This document shows positions 41,713-54,049 of a DNA stretch of 64,000 nt, piece after piece. The DNA is from Felis catus (Eukaryota): contig NC_058375.1 of assembly GCF_018350175.1 (NCBI RefSeq), forward strand, positions 6,014,001 through 6,078,000, written 5' to 3'. Position numbers and translations under genes: made by a program. Below the pieces are notes generated by a model. That model was given only the letters and a program-made list of their open reading frames with translations. It did not search any database and was not told the origin of the DNA. Position 1 is the stretch's first letter; each line of letters starts with the position of its first letter.

Positions 41713-41931
41713 GGGGCGCCTGGGTGGCTCAGTCGGTTAAGCGGCCAACTTCGGCTCAGGTCATGATCTCGCGGTCAGTGAGTTCGAGCCCCGCGTCGGG
41801 CTCTGTGCTGACAGCTCAGAGCCTGGAGCCTATTTCAGATTCTGTGTGTCCCTCTCTCTGACCCTCCCCCGTTCATGCTCTGTCTCTCTCTGTCTCAAAA
41901 ATAAACAAACGTTAAAAAAAATTTTTTTTTT
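41713..41931 (+). mobile_element. Young felid CanSINE
   Basis: Near-consensus, CpG-intact body. Confidence 0.95.
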
Positions 41932-43115
41932 AAGGAAATACAGCCTGTAGTTGGAATTTTAAGGGACGCATTAAAGAATCAAGTCAGAAGTGGGAGGAGA
42001 AACTGAAATGCATTATTTTATATCCTAATATTCATATTGAGAGATTTGAATAAATATAGTAACTCAACATGGTTCTAGGTTTGAGAAGCAGACCCCTAAG
42101 TACAATGAGCTGCACACCAAAAGTAATTTGTGTACACTCTCCTCTTATTCAACATAATCATGCAAATGAGACTTGAGGCTTATTTTGATCACAAGTTTCA
42201 TGGACTCTGAATCCTAGCCTATTTTGGCTAAGTGACAAAGATTTCTGCCTTCCTCACCCCCAGGCTGTCCTTTGTGCTGTAGCTCGGTCATATCATGAGA
42301 TTAAGTCTGTTTATTCATGTGTGAAATGGGGACTTGTTCCTTCCCTTATACTACAGGCTGTCTGTAACAAAGTGGGGCTCTATATTCTTCACAACTTCAT
42401 GACTAATAATTGCAAGTAAATTACATCTCCCTTCCTTTATAACATTTATGGAATGTGATACAATAAATTCTCCACATTTCTTAAACTACACAACTGGTTT
42501 CTTCTGAGGCACTATGAAAATTCTGTCATCTCTTGGGAGTCTCTTGTTGTTGTTCAAGTCAAATTTTCCCATTTGCATTTTTGTTGTTGTTCTGACCTTG
42601 GGAATCTGTCCTACTAAGTATGACCCACCATAAACTTTCTCAAAATGACTGTGACCATGTCTTGTTTTATAAGCATATTTCCTGGTTTCTTTTGGGGTCA
42701 AAATGTTTATTATGTATTGACAATAAGCATTCCCATGTGCAGACAATTGAAATTAATATTACCTACAAAACAAAGATAACAGCACAGGACTTCCTAATGT
42801 CTGTATATCCAGGAATGTAAAGCATGTAACGATTATTTAAGAAAATGCTGGCTGTAGTAACAGAAGCTAAAATAAAAATTATAGAAGCAAGTAAGGATGT
42901 ACTTTTCACAGGTACTCCAGCCTCAGTCAGATTTTTTTAAACCAAGCCTTTATTAGAAATGACACGGATTCTTTCACAGGGCTTAATTCAATCCAAAGAA
43001 TCCGGAGTCTCAGATCAAATTCAAAAGTAGGAGATAAAACTACACAATGCTATATAGTTTGGCAGAATGAGCACTAGTGAAGCCCAAAGACATCAATCAG
43101 AAATTAGCCTCTATT

Positions 43116-43600
43116 GGGGTGCCTGGGTGTGTCAGTCGGTTAAGCGTCCGACTTCGGCTCAGGTCACAATCCCCACGGTTCATGGGTTCAAGCCACACGT
43201 CAGGCTCTGTGCTAACAGCTTAGGGCCTGGAGCCTGCTTTGGATTCTGTGTCTCCCCCTCTCTTTGCCCCTCCCCTGCTTGCACTCTGCCTCACTCACTC
43301 TCAAAAATAAACATTTAAAAAATGAAAAAAGGGGCGCCTGGGTGGCTCAGTCGGTTAAGCATCCGACTTCAGCCCAGGTCATCATCTCACTGTTCCAGAG
43401 TTTGGGTCCCGCATCAGGCTCTGTGCTGACAGCTCAGAGCCTGGAGCCTGCTTTGGATTCTGTGTCTCCCTTTCTCTCTGCCGCCCCCACCCGCCCCCAC
43501 CCGCCCCCACCCCGCTCGTACTCTGTCTGTGTCTCTCTCTCTCTCTCTCTCTCTCTCAAAAGTAAATAAACATTTAAAAATTTTTTAAAAAGAAAAAAAT
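43116..43600 (+). mobile_element. Two tandem CanSINEs (43116-43330 and 43331-43600) sharing an outer TSD
   Basis: Two heads; outer TSD AAATTAGCCTCTATT / AAATTAGGCTTTATT. Confidence 0.92.
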
Positions 43601-44095
43601 AAATTAGGCTTTATTATTTTACCAACTCTGGGCCTTGCTTTCCTCACTTTAAAAAAAAAAAAAAAAAAAAGATGAACAGGACTCTAAAGCTCTATTAGAG
43701 TGATTCACCAAACTTCAATTGAATAACTTCATAAGCCAAATGTACCAAATGTTACAAATTATCAGTATTTTAGGTATCAAATGCCTGCGTAATTGGGAAC
43801 ACCAAAGCTCGCACATACAAGTAGAAACCTGATGGGGGCCCAGTGAAGCCAAGTGGCACCCCGCCCCCCACTGCCCCGCAGCCGCTTTCCAGGCATTCCA
43901 CAACTCAACACCTCACGTGTGTACCTCTCTGCCCCCTTGTTTTTCCTTCTCATCCCATTTCTCCCTCCAGACTTGTTCTTCACTTTTCCATCATGCTCTG
44001 CTTAAGAGTGGCACCAAAGGGCACTACTTAGATCTAATGATTATAGTTAAGGACTAGAGAAATTAAATTGCTGAACTCTCCAAAAGAGAAAAGGA

Positions 44096-44210
44096 GGGGG
44101 GGATGGCTGGCTCAGTCGGGAGAGCAGGCAACTCTCAATCTCGGGGTCGTGAGTTTGAGCCCCATGTTGGGTGTAGAGATCACTTAAATAAATAAACATT
44201 TTTCAAAAAG
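44096..44210 (+). mobile_element. Short tRNA-Lys-like CanSINE
   Basis: GGCTGGCTCAGTCGGGAGAGCA...ACTCTCAATCTCGGGGTCGTGAGTTTGAGCCCCATGTTGGGTG plus AATAAATAAA tail. Confidence 0.8.
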
Positions 44211-45645
44211 AGACAGCGAGAAGCAAGGGGAAGGGGCCTTTCCACAAACCTGTGATGATACAATGATAATTTGACAATCTGTCTGCTGTAGTTTAGGGGA
44301 AAACCATCCCCCAGAGTTACTGGTGCTGCTTTGGACAGAAAACCAATAAATGTATAAAACAAAAAATATTCATTTATGGCAGAAAATAAAAAAACAAAGT
44401 GTATCTACCTCTCTGACTTAGTATTTTAAAAAAATGTCACAACTATGGCTCCATGGGGCTATTAAACCAAAGCTAAAAAAAAAAAACAAAAAACAAAACA
44501 AAACTCGTTTAAACGAGTTTCTTCCATAGCCCTCTTTCAAAGCTATTTAACAGGTTTAAAATACCAGGTGTTTAGTTTTTCACAGTTGGCTTTAGAGGAT
44601 CTTAGTAATAAAAGACAGATACTAAATAAAATTTCCACTAAGAGTCAGTGGTGCTAAAACAGGACTTAAATTTTTTCATGGTTCAAAGAGTGCCAAAAGC
44701 CTTCATTTTAAAGCACACTTCAGTAACCAAATACGTTTCCAATGAATTAATTTACCAAATAATACATTAGGCATATTAAAACTTCATCCTCTTTTAAGTA
44801 CTAACAAGTCTGCTAGAAAACCGAGTCATCATCTAGCCAGTGTGATTAAATACAGAATCATTTCTCATTTAAAAAAATATCCTGGGCATAAACAAAAAGC
44901 CCTTCCTCCCTTTCACATAATGAAATTAATACTAAAACACACAAGCTTGTTTTGAAATCATTTGTCAAGTATATTAGCAATGAGTGTTGAACTTACAGCG
45001 AACACAAAACAAAGAAACCAACTTCTACTAGACTTTTAAAAAACAAACAGAAATGGTCAATTAAGCAATAATCAAGTTCAAAAGTACTTGGCTAAATGAT
45101 CATTGCGGCTCCTACAGAAGACAATCAAAGTCAAGTTCAATCTCATGTCCTCCAGTCCTACGTCCCCATAATGACAAGATCACCATCATCTTGGCTCTTG
45201 CAAAAGCAATGAACTCAGAAGACAAGCTGGTCACCTTCAGAATGTAAATACCAAAAGTGGATTAGAAACTCCTTTACTAGTCCAGATATTTAGAGCTAAC
45301 CTTCTGCGTTCCGATACATAATTTACAGATGCCTTCAATTTAAGCAGTTTTCAAGTCAAGTCTTTTTAACTAAAACCTGTTCAAGTTTGAACTGGTAAGT
45401 TAAAGAATTGTAAATTTACTTATTATCTTCTAAGTAAAATTTTACTTATTGTTTCTATTGCTCTGAAAAACCATAATAAATTTTCCATCAACTGAAATTA
45501 GCTAATTATAAGAGAACCTGAACGCGCCATGTCTAATATGTAAGATATCAATGTAATCTTAGAAGGGAAGGCATAAGAAGAGGAAAAGGGTAAAATCTGT
45601 ATGATCAAGTCAGGTCTACTAACAGTTAAAAAAAAAAATTGGGGG

Positions 45646-45850
45646 GGGGGCATGTGGGTGGTGCAGTTGGTTAAGCATCCATTTCAACTCAGCTGATCTT
45701 TCATTTTGTGAGTTCAGACACTACATCGGGCTCTGCACTGACAGCTCAGAGCCTGGAGCCTGCTTCAGATTCTCTGTCTCCCTCTCTCTCTGCCCCTTCC
45801 CCACTCATGCTCTGTCTTTTTCTCTCTCAAAAATAAACGCTATTTTAAAA
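45646..45850 (+). mobile_element. CanSINE
   Basis: Forward copy with diverged head. Confidence 0.88.
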
Positions 45851-46037
45851 AGTTTCTTTTTCTGCATGCTCATATTTGGCACAATTCATGTAAATTAATG
45901 GAGTAATCTGTAACCTGTTCTCAGTTAAATTCATCTATCAAGAACCTGGAAATGATTTATTTACCAAGGGAATATTAATTTAAACAAGTAAAAGTAATCC
46001 TAGCACTGTCACTAAACCAAGCTTTTGCGCCCTTGTA

Positions 46038-46251
46038 TTTTTTTTTTTTAATGTTTATCTATCTTGAGGAGACAGAGAGACAGAGTGCAAGCAAGGGAGG
46101 GGCAGAGAGAGAGGGAGACACAGAATCGAAAGCAGGCTCCAGGCTCCACCTGTCAGCACAGAGCCCGATGCAGGGCTAGAACTCACGAACTGGGAGATCA
46201 TGATCCGAGCCAAAGTCAGACTCTTAACCGGCTGACCCACCTAAGCGCCCC
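46038..46251 (-). mobile_element. CanSINE
   Basis: Reverse copy; TSD core CCTTGTATTTT. Confidence 0.9.
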
Positions 46252-46348
46252 ATTTCCTTGTATTTTAGTATTAAATGCTGAAACTGATTTTTTTTTAAGC
46301 ATACCCTGAACAAAACACTCTCCCTGGCCCCTTTATTTTAAAACTCAA

Positions 46349-46377
46349 CTAACCCTAACTAACCCTAACCCTAACCC
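46349..46377. repeat. Short telomere-like (CCCTAA)n tract
   Basis: CTAACCCTAACTAACCCTAACCCTAACCC. Confidence 0.75.
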
Positions 46378-46585
46378 AGTAGACCAAACTGAGGTTCTCC
46401 TGAGAAACTGAAAAACTGAAATGATGTTAAATGTTTTCATTTTTAAAGACACAGTACTGGAAAAAGTCCAGTGAAATTATCTTACCTCTCAAAACAATTC
46501 TCTAATACACCCCTTACACAAAGAAAAAATATAAGTTTAGATATGACCAAAATAAACCTACTGAGGATCTTCTCTAAGGTCAAAG

Positions 46586-47077
46586 TGAGGAGGGGGCGTG
46601 GGGCAAGCTGAGGGCAAAGTGCAGGCTAACAGCATGCCCCACACCCCCAGGCGGGACTTTTATGATATGCCTCGGACACTCCAGGCTACCCCAAAACAGG
46701 AAAGGACAAAACACCAAATGGTTAAACTGCTAAGTCTCCACCAGTCTACCAGAAAAAGGTGACCCCATTATAGCCTGAAGTCCAGGAACTCCCTACTATC
46801 TTAATGTTAATGCTTTGCTAGAGGGAAAAACAACCTTAGCTGGGCAACAGCTAGGCCTCCAGTAAGTCTTTAGCAGTGAAAGTCTCTTTGGAAACTCTCC
46901 CCCCCCCCCTACAAAATGGTCACCCCCCACACTTACAGTACAGCTCCTCCTGACCCCGGGCGGGTCCTGTCCCCATGCTTTAATAAAATCACCTTTTTGC
47001 ACCAAAGACGTCCTCAAGAATTCTTTCTCGGCCATGAGCTCCGGATCCAACGAACCCCCCATAACCCCAAAACTTCA
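46586..47077 (+). mobile_element. ERV solo LTR (carnivore LTR family, about 490 bp)
   Basis: TGAGG...CTTCA termini, flanking direct repeat TCAAAG (46580-46585 and 47078-47083), AATAAA at 46982-46987 followed by U5-like sequence. Confidence 0.8.
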
Positions 47078-48589
47078 TCAAAGGCATCTACCAAAATCAA
47101 CCACATTCAAAGGATAAGCCTTCGGTCCCTCCCTCTCTCTCTCTCTCTACCTGTTCTATCACATTTGGTCTATAGAAATCTCTCTGCCAGTGGTCCACTG
47201 TTGATTTCTTTATCATCCATCCACTCCACTAAGTCTGGAGGCTGTGATGCAGAAGAGATAGCATTAGACATGGAAATCAAACTAGGTATCTATCGAGGGG
47301 CAGTGAGTGGAGTAACCCAAGCTCTCGGCTATTTTCACCCGTTTGGTGGGAATCACAGTCCTCGCTCAAGAGACCACGCTGAGGAGGAAGTTTGGAGTAT
47401 TTGAGTGTTCCAAAAAAGAAAGATAATATTATCAGACTTTTAAACGAAGGACTGGATCTCTCTCTTTATAGTTCATCACAGACCTACCACATACTAAACT
47501 GTTAAAAACAGACCTACATTAACGCACTGTAACGTTCTGGAGGCATAAAGGAAATTCAATTAGTTAAAAAGTAAACACTTCAGGCAAATTCCTCCATCTT
47601 TGCTCCATCTACCAAACACGAACAAATTTTTTCACTGACCAATCGGGTTGTCTTCGCACAGTGTGATCAGTTTCATTCCCTTTATAATACCACTAGCACT
47701 AAATTAAGTTAAATGGGATTGTTCTGCTGGTTCACTGGTTCCGAAAAAGAGAAAACATGATTGCAAGTTCCTTTGATCTCTATCATCACCTAGAGAAATA
47801 TAATACTAAACTGTGTGTACGTTGAGTGTGTATAAAATAAATCACTAGTAATTTTTCTACCTCACAAGTCTGCCTACAGTGTCCCGGCATTGTCCTGTAA
47901 ACTACTAACATACATTAATCTATAAGGGTAAGAGTCTTTCAAAGAGTTTCATGAGCAAGAAATCTAATAACTTACTGGTAGCTAGTAAATGTAACTGCCA
48001 ACTTAAACCCAATTTGAAGAAAGCCACCTCAGTATTATGATGCCATGTGACCTGATCGGCCTTTATGGAGGAGATGCCACTAACTCCATGGGTCACTGAA
48101 ACCCTACATTTTAAGTCAGGATTTTAAGAGGGCTGATTTGATCGATCCTGAGAAGAACTTTTCAGTACACATTCCCTAATCCAATATTTTACCCATTACA
48201 CATGGAAAGGCTTTCTAAAAAATATTTTATATTTACTAAGTACATAGCAATTAAAATATTTTTAGATCAAAGTTTGCATAGCAAATATTCGTACTTCCTT
48301 ACTTTGAAAGCTAAAAATCGTATTTCCAAGTATCAAACAGTAAACTACTAACTAATGGTTGTAGGGAATCCACAATTAGAAAGTTATTAAAGTCAACTAA
48401 ATAACGGACACTGTCTTTTAACTGGTAGAGTCCTGTTCAGAACTGTTTTCAACGTTCAAAAAGGTAGTTACACTTCCTCTCCTACGAGCTTTCCTGTGCC
48501 TAACGTCTCACGGCTCCCCAAAGCCTTGTTTCCCCCCCAGGATACCCCACCAAAAGCACCCCCTGTTTCCTGTTCACTCTTCTGAAGTC

Positions 48590-49330
48590 TGCTTTCAAGG
48601 TGCCAGGTGAAACTAAATGATCTAAGGTTGCCCCAGCCTACCTCTAGTGGAGATGTGAAGTAGGCAGCTGAGTAGGTCTGCACTAGAGATAAAAGTTTTG
48701 GTTATATTCATTTAAATCGGTTTTAAAGCCCTGAGTCCTAGAGCACAGTGCAGAGATTCAACAAATTATTTATCAGACACCTATTATAACAGTGCCAGTT
48801 ACCGTTATACATGCTGGAGATACATCAGTGAACCACACAGACGAAAATCCCTGCCCTTCAGGGCTTTATTTTCTAGTGGGAGGAACAATAAGCAATGGAA
48901 ACAAATACATTAGTATTATGTGACAGGACAACACTCCAGGGAAAAAACAGAGCAGGGTGAGGGGAACTGTGAGCAGAGACCAGGGGTCAATATGGCCCCC
49001 CCACCCCCACCCCGAGACTTCAGCGCGAGGCCACACAGAAATCTGGGAAAATATATTCCAGGCAGAGAAAAACCGGCAGTTATCTTCAGCAGAGCAGTCT
49101 TCCTGGCATGATGGGTGATGGACTGATCTGAGAGAGGAGAAGAGAACCGGAGAAATTAAGCACAGACCATTCTTGTTGAGTTTTTTGCTGCAAAGAGGAG
49201 CAGAGAAACCAGCAAAAGCCATTAGGGGAAGTGGGGCCAAAAAAGGATTGGGTTTTTCTGTTTTCAGCTAGGAGAAAAGCAGTACATGTGCACGTTGTTG
49301 GGAATGATCCAATAGAGCCTGAAACACGAA
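48590..49330 (+). mobile_element. L2 relics
   Basis: ATTCAACAAATTATTT...CACCTATT...GTGCCAG...GCTGGAGATACATCAGTGAAC...AAAATCCCTGCCCT. Confidence 0.6.
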
Positions 49331-50127
49331 AGATTCGAAAGGGCAGAGGGTGGCATCTCAGAGGGCTGGGCTGGCCTGGCCCTTGGAGAGCTTGAGAACA
49401 GCTGTTCCATCCACGCGCAGCCAGGCCAGCGGAGTCTATGCTGCAAGGCAGTCCATGTGGCGGTGGGTGTGTGCGAAAGCTCCTTCTGACTGCACTGGTT
49501 GTTCTCACTGAAGCGGGCAACCCAGCGTGAAGACGGGACGAAGTCGGAAAGAAGAAAGTACTATAGAGTCATCTAGGAACCGGGGTGAGTGAATGGACTG
49601 GGAAAATAAAGTATGATTACCCAGCAGCCTAAGGGCCCACTTGAATTTTATGAACCATCTGGGAATCAACACTAAGAAATTCCCCTAATCTGAGGCAGAA
49701 GGGCTGGCTGCCTTTCTATTAACAAATGAAAAAATCTTTAACACAAACTGCTGAAAATGGCAAATGTCTAACATATTTTGAGTGCACCAAATGTAAAACA
49801 ATGCTCTGGAAAAGTTGCAGTTTCTCCAAATAATACGCTGAAAGAGACTACATCCCATGTTCACACCATATTCATAACTGCTTTATCTACCTTAAAGGAG
49901 GCATCGGTCAGCAAAGGATTCAATAGCCTTGGGCCAGAGCTAACTCCGCTGTCAGATCACTGTGAACAAAAGCTGGCTTTGAATGCCTTCAGTCAGTTAT
50001 ATATTGTAATAGTAAAGCTATATATAGTGAAGTTATATTCTTACTCACACAAGTACACATTTACACATAAAACATTATCTAGGAGTATTCAATTAATCAC
50101 CAGAAACTTCTAAATAAAAATCTATTC

Positions 50128-50245
50128 CTAATTATACTGTGATGATGGTTGTACAACTCTGAATATGCTAAAAACCAGTGATTTGTACACTTTTTCAAAG
50201 GGTGAATTGCCTGTTATGGAATTTTTATTTCAATAAAGTTTTTTA
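50128..50245 (+). mobile_element. Short LINE-1 3' end (L1MB/ME-like)
   Basis: TGTGATGATGGTTGTACAACTCTGAATATGCTAAAAACCA...CAATAAAGTT. Confidence 0.7.
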
Positions 50246-51274
50246 AATGTACTCTAGGGTTTTAATCTCAAATGAATCATTTTTATCATCGGGATATGAA
50301 AAATTGATTTTCTTTTTTAGTTTCTCTGTTAAAATTTAATGTGAAATGGAGCAAATACAGTATGTCCTGACAGCTCATAAATATTAAACTTTGCAGGGAT
50401 CCAGAATTCTTTTAGAATGAAAGGTGGAGTTTGGGTTGGGGTTGTGAGTTGGATTTTTTTTTTCCTTTTTAACTACTGAGAGTTTATAGCTTCTAACATT
50501 CCTGTTTTATTCCTTTGTTCAAGACATACTTAAATCACCTTACCTAAAATGAACACAAGCAGTCTTCTGACTGGATAACGCCAAAGAACACCTACATTCT
50601 AGACATTCATCAGCAAGACCGAATGCAAATCAATTCCTCGACCGAAATAAAAGGATAAAATGTCACAAGTACTATTTCAAGTACCATCACATTTTTTAGC
50701 TTTATGATACTTCACAGAAATTTTATACTTCAAATCTAACCAGCAGGCCAAAGAATGCAAAAACTCTCCCGGAGACAAGAAAGATAAATTCAACAATTTC
50801 ACCATAGATGTTTCAATTCCCATGTTAAAATGTAAAAAGTGGGAGGTATCTCTTTTCACTTTGAAAATAATGTTCCTAACAAAGACTAAAAATAAAGGTT
50901 ATGTTCTTTCTAAAGCAAAAGATTAGAAGACTGAACTGCCAATATTAGAATGGTCATGGAAGGAACAAGGGATGGAGACGCAAGAAAAAATAGCTAGTAA
51001 GAGGCTAAGCCACTTCCAAAATGGATACTGTGAATGGAGGGAACTCAATTAACTTCTCTAGGCTTGGCTCTCTCATTTTGTAACCTGAGAAGCCAGCATC
51101 TGCTGTTTCCTTCATAAGGTAGCTATGAGGACCAAACCAGAGGTTGGGGAAGGCCGTCCTGTAGGCGTAAAGCCTTTTGCAAACAGAAGCATAATCCCCA
51201 CTTCACTTGGGAAAGCTCCGTTGCTGTGATAAGCTACTGACCACCTTTTACTCTGTATGTATGAAATTTACTCC

Positions 51275-51622
51275 GTATTAGTCTGCTCAGGCTGCTATAA
51301 CAGAGTACCATAAATTGGGTGGCTTTAACAGCAGGAATTTATTTCTCATAGTTCTGGGGGCAGGGAAGTCCAAGATCAAGATTCCATCCTATTTGGTTCC
51401 CTGCCTTCTCGCTGTGTCCTCACAATGTGTGTGGGGGGACTGGAGGGAGGGGGGGACAGAAGGGGACAGCGAGAGCTCTGGTCTCTTTCTCTCATCACGG
51501 AGCGCCACCCTTATGACTTCATCTGAACCTAATTACCTTCCAAAGGCCTTACCCCCAAATACCAAAACACTGGGGGGTTAGAGCCCAGTGCAACTTTGGG
51601 GAACACAATTTAGTCCACAGCA
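51275..51622 (-). mobile_element. MaLR LTR (MLT1A-like)
   Basis: GTATTAGTCTGCTCAGGCTGCTATAACAGAGTACCATAAA...AAGTCCAAGATCAAG...ACACAATTTAGTCCACAGCA. Confidence 0.8.
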
Positions 51623-52085
51623 CTCTCCTATATAATTTCTTTAATGACGGTCTTTAGACAGAAATTAAACCTTTGTATAAAAAACAAGCAGGAGGCAGGG
51701 AAAATTTCAAGGCTATCTTACTTTTAAAAGGGTCTTACTTAATGCAGCTTACTGAGATTTATACAATAGAAACTTAAAATAGATGAGGGAAGTGAGATGA
51801 TAACAAGGCTAAGATTTATTCAGCATCCACCTGCACAAAATACTGCTCTAAGCACTTTCCCCTTGCCCTGACAGTAGCCACACAAAGTAGGCATGATCTA
51901 TAGAAAAGGACTCTGAGGACACAGCAGTGAAAGAGGTGTGTGTCCTCAGGTCACACGGCAAGTCTCACAGGTGATACAGGCTACAGAGCTCGAACTGTAA
52001 CTACACCTCCTACATTGCTTCCCTTTTCCTCGGGACAAAGGAAAATTGCAGGGGGTTGTAGCGAAGAGATGAAAAAGATGAAACC

Positions 52086-52249
52086 GGGGTGCTTGGGTGG
52101 CTCAGTCAGGTCATGATCTAGCAGTTCATGAGATCAAGTCTGGAGCTTGGGATTCTCTCTCTCTCTCTCTCTCTCTCCCCCCCCATCCCTCATCCCTTCC
52201 TTCTCTGTCCCTCCCCCTCAAAATAAATAAACTTAAAAAAAAAAAAAAA
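52086..52249 (+). mobile_element. CanSINE (internally deleted)
   Basis: Head, CT tract, A tail; TSD core TGAAACC. Confidence 0.85.
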
Positions 52250-53089
52250 CTGAAACCATGAATGAGGTGTTCAGGTTCATTTTAAACCTCCCTTACGTGT
52301 GGCCAAAATTTTATAAGCAAATGGCTTAGAGGAAATTTGATCAGTCACAGGATTCTAAATCCGTAAGTTAAAAGCAAACCACATTGCTCAGGGGGGTCGT
52401 TCTTTCTGGTACCAAGAGCTGAGAAAAGTTTCTCCTCTTGGTCCTCATAAGGACAGCGTGCCGTGGTGAACAAGAGCCCGCAAACTCCTGGATGAACTAT
52501 TCAGGGCACCCAAACAGCAAGTTCACAGGGCCCCATATACGTCAATGGCCTCACACCACACTATTCAAGTGAAGGACATCTGCCAAAAAGAAGAAATGCA
52601 AAGGTAACTCAAACAGAGGTTTAGGGCTCACCAGAACAGTTCTTGATGGAGAGGTCCAGGGATGGGATTCAGGAGTTCCATCAACTACCGTGACTGGGTA
52701 TTGTGGGTAAGTAGCCAAACATTCACTGACTCTGCTCTGAGGGAAAAATCATGGCTTGTACTGATACTCAATCCAGACGCTGATAAACACAGAGTTAAGA
52801 ACTCCTGACAGGAATTAATCAACTGCACAACCCCAGGAGAGCCTATCCAAATCAGCTTCACAACCAAAACTTTGAGTAGATATAGAGCAGAGTTGATTTG
52901 ATGTTAAATTCTAATAAGTAACTGGATACACGCAAAGTCACAACTGCTCTAAATAAGTGTAGCTGGAAGTAATTGCAGCTCCGTCTCGGAAGGGCACAAC
53001 ATCTGCCCCACAATACGCCCTCAAATAGTCACTGCTCCAATAATTATTAAATATCAACTCCAAGGGCAGAATCCAATCTTCCCCATTTC

Positions 53090-53309
53090 TTTTTTTTTTT
53101 TTTTTTTAATGTTTATCCATTTTTGAGACGGAGAGAAAGACCGTGAGAGGCAGAGAGGCAGAGAGAGAGGGAGACACAGAATTCTGAAGCAGGCTCCAGG
53201 CTCTGAGCTGTCAACACAGAGCCCGACGCGGGGCTTGAACTTATGAACTGTGAGATCACGGCCTGAGCCGAAGTCAGACATCCAACTGACTGAGCCACCC
53301 AGGTGCCCC
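53090..53309 (-). mobile_element. CanSINE
   Basis: Reverse copy; TSD TCCAATCTTCCC(C/T)ATTTCT. Confidence 0.93.
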
Positions 53310-53480
53310 TCCAATCTTCCCTATTTCTGAGTGCCTTGCCCATTCCATAAACGGTTTTACAGTAAAGAAATTAATATAAATCTTCAGATCTATACATAAT
53401 TAGCAAAAAGGGATCTTTGGCAGAATGAATGGATGTCAAAAAATTCAAAGCATCCCTTTCCCTTTAAAATGAAATATTTT

Positions 53481-53710
53481 GGGGGCTCCTGGGTGGCTCA
53501 ATAGGTTAATCATCCGACTTTAGCTCAGGTTGTGATCTCATGGTCCTTGGGTTCAAGCCCCACGTCGGACTCTGCGTTGACAGCTCAGAGCCTGGAGCCT
53601 GCTTCAGAATTCTGTGTCTCCCTCTCTCTCTGCCCCTCCCTGCTCATTCTTTCCCTCCCTCTCTCTCTCTAAAATAAACATTAAAAAAAATTTTTTAATG
53701 AAAAAAATAA
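53481..53710 (+). mobile_element. CanSINE
   Basis: Full forward copy. Confidence 0.92.
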
Positions 53711-54049
53711 AATGGAATCTTTTGCAAAATAAAGAACACAGGGTAACTAAGGGGAAATAACACTTGCATAGAATCAGTGAAAAATTAATACTACATTTTA
53801 CATGAACAATAGACTAATAACATCATTATACAAGAATTATGCCCATTTTTTAAAAAGCGTAATCAGGTTATACTGTTCCTTAAATTTATACCGTTTTGCT
53901 TTTCCCCTACAGGATGGAAAATGGGCCCATGTAATATATAATATTTATGGTTCTCATTTCTCCCTCTCCAAGGCAAGTGGGAGAGAAAATCAAAACTGCA
54001 ACACAGCTGACACGAGAAATGAGTAGTTATTTAAAAATTTTTTAATAAA

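Noticed and set aside
42060-42760. Possible ancient LTR relic or 86-aa ORF
   Set aside because: Has an AATAAA and LTR-like texture but no definable termini or TSD; the ORF has no recognisable homology.
44100-44175. tRNA-Lys(CTT)-like sequence (also 40876 and 41578)
   Set aside because: Mutated stems and anticodon, SINE-type A tail; these are tRNA-derived short CanSINEs, not tRNA genes.
45431-45448. 18-bp palindrome TAAGTAAAATTTTACTTA (also a 16-bp one at 31752-31767 and a hairpin at 51913-51949)
   Set aside because: AT-rich or inside old L2/MIR relics; compatible with chance.
45865-45895. Faint resemblance to the U6 snRNA 5' end
   Set aside because: Too short and too mismatched to support.
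46796-47404. 88-aa and 162-aa ORFs over the LTR
   Set aside because: No gag, pol or env motifs; no primer-binding site after the LTR; chance ORFs.
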